A stretch of DNA of 64,000 bases from an uncultured Clostridia bacterium (lineage in GTDB: Bacteria > Bacillota > Clostridia > Christensenellales > UBA1242). Positions 57,151 through 64,000 of this stretch are shown here, piece after piece; the first letter of the stretch is position 1; each line of letters opens with the position of its first letter. A program made the position numbers and the translations under genes. The stretch spans positions 175 to 64,174 of the forward strand of contig CANQWK010000006.1 in NCBI GenBank assembly GCA_947627545.1. The letters run 5' to 3'. The notes beneath the pieces were generated by a model. It had not been told where the DNA came from and searched no databases. It was given only the letters and a program-made list of their open reading frames with translations.

Positions 57151-58120
57151 TAATAGAGATTTTTCTAAGTCTAACAAAGAATATATTAAAAAAAATAAAT
57201 TGCCTATAATTATAGTTTGTTTAATTTTAGTTTTAGGTTTAATTTGCGGCATAGCATTTGGTTTTAACGGAAACTTTGAATTTAAAGGTTACAATGAATT
57301 TTCAGTTTTAGTGGAAAATGCAAGTAAAACAGAAATATCTAAATATGAAAATAAAATTGAAACAATTGTTAATAAGCAGGGCGGAGATGTTAAAACTATT
57401 TCTATTGAAGGCGAAGGCGATAACACAAAACTTGTAATAAATTACCAAACTAATTTAAAAACTGATAAGCAAAATGAAATTAATAAAGAAATAGCAAAAA
57501 TATTAAATGTTGAAGAAGAAAAAATACCTGAATATATTTCCGCACATGTTCATGTTTCAGCTATAGTTAAAAATTCAGATTATATTTATACTGTTGCAAC
57601 AATTTTAATAATATTGGTTGTTTCAACTATATTTGCATATTTTAGATACGATGGTGCAAGTGCAATAAGCACATTCTTAGCGTGTTTGATAGGCAATTTG
57701 GCATTTTTAAGCTTTGCAACAATTTTCCGTTTAACAATTGGAATGAGTTATTTTGCAATGCTAGTTATGTTGAATTTACTAATTATTTATTGTAATTTCC
57801 AAATTTTTGAAAATATAAGAGAAACAAGTTGGTTGCAATCAAAAGAATATTCAGCCGCACTATCAAACGCTTTAAAAGATACTCGCACAAGAATTTTGTT
57901 TGCAACTATAGGTTTGATGGTTATAGGATTAGCATTCGTTTTAATTGCTTCAACAAGTATAAAATTTATAGCAATTAACATTTTGTTTATGTCGGTAGAT
58001 ATGTTGTTTGCTGTATGGTACGTTATGCCTTTCTTTTGGAGTATGTTTATAACTCACATAAATATTAAAAGGTTTAAAATTAAATCTCAAACAAATAAAA
58101 ATCAATCAACAGAGGAATAA
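57143..58120 (+). CDS. secF: SecF-like protein translocase subunit (divergent)
   Basis: FGFNGNFEFKG (cf. GIDFxGG), IFENIRE, DTRTR; ATG 57143 after AAGGAGG. Confidence 0.72.
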   Translation: MLNNRDFSKSNKEYIKKNKLPIIIVCLILVLGLICGIAFGFNGNFEFKGYNEFSVLVENASKTEISKYENKIETIVNKQGGDVKTISIEGEGDNTKLVINYQTNLKTDKQNEINKEIAKILNVEEEKIPEYISAHVHVSAIVKNSDYIYTVATILIILVVSTIFAYFRYDGASAISTFLACLIGNLAFLSFATIFRLTIGMSYFAMLVMLNLLIIYCNFQIFENIRETSWLQSKEYSAALSNALKDTRTRILFATIGLMVIGLAFVLIASTSIKFIAINILFMSVDMLFAVWYVMPFFWSMFITHINIKRFKIKSQTNKNQSTEE

Positions 58121-58172
58121 TCATTAATTAAAAAATGCCTTTCTTCACGAAAGGCTTTTTAAAATAACAAAT

Positions 58173-60563
58173 ATGAAATATTTTTGCAGTTTAGATAATA
58201 ATGTTAATGAAGAGTTCGTGAACGAGATGTCTAATTTATATAATTTAGATAAACATCTCGTTAGACTTTTATATTCTCGCGGCATTGATAATAAAGAAAG
58301 TTTACATAAATTCTTAAATCCTAGTATTTTAGATTTTTACAATCCATTTTTGTTTGAAGATATGCAAAAAGTGGTAGATAAAATAAACGCTCATTTAAAG
58401 AATAACAGCAAAATATTGATATTTGGAGATTACGATGTAGATGGAATTACTGCAAGTGCAATTTTAATAAAATATTTCAAATCAATTAATGCACAAGTGT
58501 ATAACTTTATGCCAAACCGATATAAAGACGGCTACGGCTTAACTAAGGAAACATTAACTAGAATAATAGACCAAAATAAACCTGATTTAATAATTACTGT
58601 AGATTGCGGAATTACAGCGGTTGAGGAAACAAAATTTTTAATTGAACAGGGCATAGATATAATTGTTACCGACCATCATGAAAGAGGGGAAGAATTACCA
58701 AATTGTTTAATTATTAATCCTAAAGTAAGTCAAACATATCCTTTTAATTGTTTGTGTGGTGCAGGCGTGGCGTTTAAATTAGTTCAGGCAATGGCTGGGT
58801 TAGATGTTGCAAAAAACTATTTGCCTATTTGTGCAATTGCAACAATTGCAGATATTGTAGATTTACTAGATGAAAATAGAGCAATTGTTAGTTTAGGTTT
58901 GCAAAATTTGGCAAATGCTCCTGCTGGAATTTTAAGATTAATGCACGAATGCGGAGTGTTAGTCGATTGTAAGGCTAGTGATATTGCATTTAAAATTGCA
59001 CCTAAAATAAATGCAAGTGGGCGAATGGGCTCGGCAGAAACAAGTTTAGAACTTTATATGGAAACTGACCCTATAAAAATAAAAAAACTTGTAAAGCAAG
59101 TGCTTAACTTTAACACTGAACGTCAACAACTATGTGATAAAGTTTACAATGATGTAAAATTAGAATTAAAAAATAAAGATATATTTAAAATTAGTGCCAT
59201 AACAATGTCTAGTAACGAGTGGGATAGTGGAATTTTAGGAATAGTTGCAGCTAGAATTGCAGATGAGTATCATAGACCAACATTTTTATTTAGTCAGGTT
59301 GGAGATGAATTAGTGGGTTCTTGCCGAAGTGTTAATGGAGTTAATGTTCATACACTATTGAGCAGTATGCCCGAACTTTTAACAAAATTTGGTGGTCATC
59401 CAATGGCGGCAGGATTAACTTTAAAAGTAGATAAGTATGATGAATTTGTGCGATTAACAAACGAATATGTTGCACAAAATTTAAACAAAACTGCATTTTT
59501 GCCAACTAAATCTTATGATTTTGAAATGGATTCTAATGAAATAAATTTGAAATTGGTGGAAGATTTAGATAGGTTAGAGCCTTGTGGGCATTTAAACCCT
59601 AGACCAATATTTAAATTCACATTAAAAAATGCAACAATAAGTGGGTTGCCGCGTCATCCACAACATTTAATGTTAAATTATCACAATTTTAATTTGCTTG
59701 CCTTTAACAGCAGTGATATGTATTTTGTTCTTTCAGGCAACACTTCTAGCATAATTTTGGCAGATATGAGCGTAGATACATTTAGAAATACAAAAAAGAT
59801 TTCTGGCATTGTTAAATCGATAGATTATGAAGATATATATAGACCTGTAGATGCCGACATTTTAATTGCAGAATATGTAAAACAATTAATTTATCCATTA
59901 GAAAATGGTTATCAATTTAACAATTATAACAGAGACCAACTTATTAGAATGCTAGTTGATATGGACAATAATGTGTATGGCACATTAATTGTAGCCAATG
60001 ATTATAACACTTATTTAAATTTTAAAGCTATTTATGATAGCAATAACATTTTTAGAAATCGTGTTTTTGAAATTAACGATGAAACAGGGTTAAATACAAT
60101 TGTGTTAGCACCAACAAATTTTAAATGTTTTAACACTTTTAGTAGAATTATATTTTTAGACCCAATTTTAAACATGGGGTATTTGTCTGCTTTGCAAAAA
60201 GAAACAAAATCTACAATATATCTTCCTCACATGCCTGAAACTTCTATGTCAATTATGAATAGGTTAGATTTATCAAGGGAAACTTTTGGTAAATATTTTA
60301 GGTTAATGCAATTCGCGTGTGAAAATAAAATAACAGGGTATTATTGTTATCATTTTTATAAAAACATTTTAACAAAAATAAAAAATAAAGATGATTATAA
60401 TTATTTGCAATTTTTTGTTTGTATGCAAGTTTTTAAAGAACTTAAATTTATTATAGTAAATGAAAATGATAGTTGCATTACAGAATTAACAGAAATTAAA
60501 ACTCCATTAAACTCTAGTTCTTTTTACAATCGCTTATCTACATTAAAAGTTTCAAATAATTAA
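58173..60563 (+). CDS. recJ: ssDNA exonuclease RecJ (long Bacillota type)
   Basis: GDYDVDG, TVDCG, TDHH, INASGR, GSCRS, FGGHPMAAG. Confidence 0.95.
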   Translation: MKYFCSLDNNVNEEFVNEMSNLYNLDKHLVRLLYSRGIDNKESLHKFLNPSILDFYNPFLFEDMQKVVDKINAHLKNNSKILIFGDYDVDGITASAILIKYFKSINAQVYNFMPNRYKDGYGLTKETLTRIIDQNKPDLIITVDCGITAVEETKFLIEQGIDIIVTDHHERGEELPNCLIINPKVSQTYPFNCLCGAGVAFKLVQAMAGLDVAKNYLPICAIATIADIVDLLDENRAIVSLGLQNLANAPAGILRLMHECGVLVDCKASDIAFKIAPKINASGRMGSAETSLELYMETDPIKIKKLVKQVLNFNTERQQLCDKVYNDVKLELKNKDIFKISAITMSSNEWDSGILGIVAARIADEYHRPTFLFSQVGDELVGSCRSVNGVNVHTLLSSMPELLTKFGGHPMAAGLTLKVDKYDEFVRLTNEYVAQNLNKTAFLPTKSYDFEMDSNEINLKLVEDLDRLEPCGHLNPRPIFKFTLKNATISGLPRHPQHLMLNYHNFNLLAFNSSDMYFVLSGNTSSIILADMSVDTFRNTKKISGIVKSIDYEDIYRPVDADILIAEYVKQLIYPLENGYQFNNYNRDQLIRMLVDMDNNVYGTLIVANDYNTYLNFKAIYDSNNIFRNRVFEINDETGLNTIVLAPTNFKCFNTFSRIIFLDPILNMGYLSALQKETKSTIYLPHMPETSMSIMNRLDLSRETFGKYFRLMQFACENKITGYYCYHFYKNILTKIKNKDDYNYLQFFVCMQVFKELKFIIVNENDSCITELTEIKTPLNSSSFYNRLSTLKVSNN

Positions 60564-60719
60564 AAATCTATATATAGTGTAGTTCATTTATTAATTACAC
60601 TATATTTTTAACAAATTTTTACTAATCAACTATAAAATTTTTATTAAAAAATTTAAATTATTTGTTAAATTATTTGCTCTATGGGAGATAATTTGATATA
60701 ATACAATTGGTGGGTTTAA

Positions 60720-61406
60720 GTGATATATTTTATTTTATTCAATCAAAACATAACATTTAAAGAAGCGGTAATTTACATTTTAATTACGTTGTTTGTTTTT
60801 ATGATTTCTTTAACAATACATGAATTTGCACATTCGTTTGTCGCTTATAAAATGGGTGACCCAACTCCAAAAGAAAGAGGAAGATTAACTCTCAATCCTT
60901 TTAAACACTTAAACGGAAGTGGTTTTTTGTGCTTTGTTCTCTTTGGTATAGGTTGGGCTAACCCTGTTCCAATCAATCCGCTTAATTTTAAAAAATATAG
61001 AACAGGAACAAGATTAGTTTCTATTGCTGGAGTTTTATCTAACTTCCTTTTAGGATTGTTTGCTGCTATAATTTATGCAATCCTTCTTGCAACTGTTGGC
61101 ATTAGTTCGGTTGCTATGGAATATGTTTTCTTAATTTTGGAATATTTCATGTTGGTTAATAGTTATTTAGCTATCTTTAATTTGTTGCCAATTTATCCGC
61201 TAGATGGGTTTAATTTTATAACTTCTTTTATGAAGCCTGACAACAAATTTATTCGATATGGTGTTCAAAATGGATTTAGAATTTTGTTTATGATTCTTTT
61301 ATCTTGCTTGTTTATAGAACTTTTCTTTGGTTTTGATTTGCTTGATTGGATATTTTCGTTATTCTATAATTACATTTTTGTGCCAATATCATTATTGGGG
61401 GTGTAA
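60720..61406 (+). CDS. Site-2 protease (M50 family)
   Basis: HEFAH, GRLTLNP, GWANPVP, FNLLPIYPLDG. Confidence 0.92.
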   Translation: MIYFILFNQNITFKEAVIYILITLFVFMISLTIHEFAHSFVAYKMGDPTPKERGRLTLNPFKHLNGSGFLCFVLFGIGWANPVPINPLNFKKYRTGTRLVSIAGVLSNFLLGLFAAIIYAILLATVGISSVAMEYVFLILEYFMLVNSYLAIFNLLPIYPLDGFNFITSFMKPDNKFIRYGVQNGFRILFMILLSCLFIELFFGFDLLDWIFSLFYNYIFVPISLLGV

Positions 61407-61407
61407 A

Positions 61408-62163
61408 GTGGCAGAAATTGAAAATGAAGAGGAAATATTATCTAAATTTACATGTTCGGTAGAAGGTTTTGAAGGGCCAATGGATGTTTTGCTTGATATG
61501 ATTAAAGCTAAAAACATATCTATTATGGAGGTTAAAATTTCAGAAATAACTGACCAATATATGAGTTATATTTCAAATTTAACAGAATTAGATATGGAAG
61601 ACGCCACTGCATTTTTAAGCATGGCAAGTAGATTGCTTGAAATTAAATCATTTAAGTTGTTGCCGGTTGAACAGGTTGAAGATGAAGAAGAGCAAATAGA
61701 CCCAGAAACTCAGTTAAAATTGCAATTAATGGAATATGATTTGTTTAAACAGGCTGGCAATCAACTTCATGAAATCGAAAATGTTGATAGGTTTTATAAA
61801 CAACCAGATAAATCTGCTGGCGATGTAAAAATTGTGTTTAACCAATTTAACTTGGAAAAATTATTAGATTCGTTTGCTTTTATTTTAATGCGAACAAAAG
61901 ATAAAGAAAATCCAAGTGAAAAGAAAATTGTTAGAGATAGGTGGACAGTTGCTGACAAAATGGCTTTTGTAACAAAAGTGTTAGAAGATAACAAACAAAT
62001 AAATTTCTTTAATTTATTTGACGATACATATTCAAAAGCGGAAGTAATAACAGTTTTTTTGGCAATTTTAGAAATGTTAAAATTGCAAAAAATAGAAGTT
62101 GAACAATCTAATATATATGCTGATTTTATAATAAAACGAAAGGAGGAAGAGAGTGGAACTTAA
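61408..62163 (+). CDS. scpA: Segregation and condensation protein A
   Basis: FEGPMDVLL, ITDQY, FLAILE; likely GTG start at 61408. Confidence 0.92.
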   Translation: MAEIENEEEILSKFTCSVEGFEGPMDVLLDMIKAKNISIMEVKISEITDQYMSYISNLTELDMEDATAFLSMASRLLEIKSFKLLPVEQVEDEEEQIDPETQLKLQLMEYDLFKQAGNQLHEIENVDRFYKQPDKSAGDVKIVFNQFNLEKLLDSFAFILMRTKDKENPSEKKIVRDRWTVADKMAFVTKVLEDNKQINFFNLFDDTYSKAEVITVFLAILEMLKLQKIEVEQSNIYADFIIKRKEEESGT

Positions 62164-62926
62164 CGAAATTGCAAAAATTATTGAAGGAGTTTTGTTTGTT
62201 TCAGGAGAGGGTGTAGATATAGACGCATTTAAATCTAAATTTGAAATGAATGATAGAGAATTCAATAAATGCGTAGATATATTAACAGAGAAATATAATG
62301 AAAATAGCGGAATTAATATAATTAGATATAAAAATAAAATTCAGTTTTGTTCAAATCCTCAACTAGCAGATAGCATTTCGGACATATTAAATCCTATAAG
62401 AGAGCGAAGTTTAACAAAAACGGCATTGGAAACTGTGGCAATTATTGCATACAAACAGCCAATAACACGTGTTGAAATTGAAAGTATTAGAGGGGCAAAT
62501 AGCGATTATGCTATTCAGTTGCTACTTTCAAATAACCTTATTGAAGTTGTAGGAAGAAAAGATGCAGTGGGCAAGCCACTTTTGTTTGGCACAACAGATA
62601 ATTTTTTAAAACGATTTGAACTTTCTTCAATTGAAAGTTTGCCAGATTATGAGCAACTTTTGGATAGAATAAGGGTTATACATAGCGGAGGAGATTCTCT
62701 ATATAGAGAATTTACTGCACCAGACCCAAATTCTCAAGATAGTTTAATTTCAGTAAACAATTCAACTCAACAAAATAACGAGAGAGAAAGTAAAGATACA
62801 AATCAGGAATTAAACTCGAATTCTGGCAATTATGAAAAAGAAAGTGGCAAAAGTTCCGTACAAAATTTAGAAAATGCAATCAAAAATAGCAAAGAAAATG
62901 AAACAGAAAAGCCTCAAACTGCCTAA
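62153..62926 (+). CDS. scpB: Segregation and condensation protein B
   Basis: ALETVAIIAYKQPITR, RG, GKPLLFGTT. Confidence 0.94.
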   Translation: MELNEIAKIIEGVLFVSGEGVDIDAFKSKFEMNDREFNKCVDILTEKYNENSGINIIRYKNKIQFCSNPQLADSISDILNPIRERSLTKTALETVAIIAYKQPITRVEIESIRGANSDYAIQLLLSNNLIEVVGRKDAVGKPLLFGTTDNFLKRFELSSIESLPDYEQLLDRIRVIHSGGDSLYREFTAPDPNSQDSLISVNNSTQQNNERESKDTNQELNSNSGNYEKESGKSSVQNLENAIKNSKENETEKPQTA

Positions 62927-63054
62927 TATTTTATTTTATGTGAGAAAAGTTAAATTTTAAATTTATATTTAATATTCTTATTATTTAAATAAAAGCATAA
63001 AAACCAGCAAGGCATTTATTGAATAAATATTAAATTTTAAAAGATACTACAAAT

Positions 63055-63624
63055 ATGTGGCATCTTTTATTTTTATTTTCTATAATAATGAATATTTTAG
63101 GTCTTATTTATCCTTTTTTAGTTAAGTTTGATATTAAATTTAACATTATTAAACTTAAAGGTACAATAAGGCTTGTTTTGTTTAACAAAATAAACATTGA
63201 ATTTAAAATAAGAATAAAGAATGGTTATATTTATATTAATCATAAAGCAAGAGAAAGACGAGAAAAAATTAGTAAGAAAAACATAAATTTTGTTTTTATT
63301 TTAAATTTAATTAATCAACTTTATTTTAGAGAACAATTTTTAACATTTGATGTAAAATCGAATTTTGGCTATAAATTAGATGCCTGCACAACAGCAGTAG
63401 GTTGCGGTTATATAGATGTTGTTTCTAAATCGCTATTAACAAAATTAAAAAACAATAAAAAAAGTTCACATATTTTTGTTTCAGTTGAGCCACAATATAA
63501 TCAAGATATATTTAATGCTAGAATAACAAACACAATTAGAGTTTCAATGTTTGATGCTATTTACGCATTGATATATACTGCATTTTATACATGGAGAAAT
63601 TATGAAAAATATGGAAAAAGTTAA
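63055..63624 (+). CDS. YtfI/DUF2953-like protein
   Basis: N-terminal TM, DACTTA...G motif, positioned directly before ytfJ. Confidence 0.55.
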   Translation: MWHLLFLFSIIMNILGLIYPFLVKFDIKFNIIKLKGTIRLVLFNKINIEFKIRIKNGYIYINHKARERREKISKKNINFVFILNLINQLYFREQFLTFDVKSNFGYKLDACTTAVGCGYIDVVSKSLLTKLKNNKKSSHIFVSVEPQYNQDIFNARITNTIRVSMFDAIYALIYTAFYTWRNYEKYGKS

Positions 63625-64000
63625 TTTAAATGGTAAAAACAAAATAGAATCTCTTATTGATGTATCATTAGATAAAATTCGCACACTTATAGATGTAAAT
63701 TGCGTAATAGGCAATGCAATTTCAATGCCAGATGGCAGTTCAATTATTCCTATTTCAAAAGTAAGTGTAGGTTTTGTTGCTGGAGGTGGCGAATATAACG
63801 ATTTAAACGCAAAACGTAATTCAGCAGACTTCCCTATGGCAGGTGGAACAGGCGGAGGTTTTACAGTCTCTCCTATTGGATTTTTTGTGCTAGAAAAAGA
63901 TAAATTTAAAATAATTCATGCAGATAAATCAACCGCATATATGGGGTTAATAAAAAATGCTACCGATGTGTTAAAAAAACTTGTGGAGAAACAAAAATGA
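63602..64000 (+). CDS. ytfJ: GerW/YtfJ-family sporulation protein
   Basis: IPISKVSVGFVAGGGE, GGTGGGFTVSPIGF. Confidence 0.9.
   Translation: MKNMEKVNLNGKNKIESLIDVSLDKIRTLIDVNCVIGNAISMPDGSSIIPISKVSVGFVAGGGEYNDLNAKRNSADFPMAGGTGGGFTVSPIGFFVLEKDKFKIIHADKSTAYMGLIKNATDVLKKLVEKQK

Overview
Low-GC chromosomal segment from a spore-forming, apparently reduced-genome Clostridia-class bacterium, probably an uncultured gut lineage (taxon inferred from gene content only). Core genes: the dcw cluster (rsmH, a positional ftsL-like gene, spoVD-like PBP, murE, mraY, murD, ftsW/spoVE, murA, divIB-like, ftsA, ftsZ), ytxC and thrS with a Thr T-box, infC-rpmI-rplT with an L20 leader, trmH-yebC-ruvC-ruvA-ruvB-queA-tgt, yajC, secD-secF-recJ, site-2 protease-scpA-scpB, and ytfI-ytfJ. 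Main accessory observations: (1) the right end of an element integrated at a tRNA-Thr(GGT), with a Bro-N gene and a decayed tRNA 3' half at 1086-1134; (2) directly after ftsZ, a 94-aa stand-alone GIY-YIG nuclease gene embedded in at least 11 full-length modular REP-like palindromes (TGTCAT...ATCTC) built around GNA/GNNA mini-hairpins; (3) immediately downstream, a five-gene operon encoding three paralogous TasA/pilin-like secreted beta-proteins, a membrane-anchored fourth paralogue and a SipW-type signal peptidase fusion, a candidate undescribed surface fibre system; (4) an alcohol dehydrogenase, aldehyde dehydrogenase and YhhN lysoplasmalogenase cluster that suggests plasmalogen/fatty-aldehyde catabolism; (5) a YdeN-like hydrolase placed between the Thr T-box and thrS; (6) several degenerate proteins (PHP lacking most metal ligands, SecF lacking the TM4 Asp, FtsA lacking its membrane-targeting tail); (7) two signal-less LRR-type proteins; (8) several apparently leaderless genes. 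No CRISPR array, rRNA, intact tRNA, transposase or integrase is visible. All family assignments come from motif recognition by eye, not from database searches.
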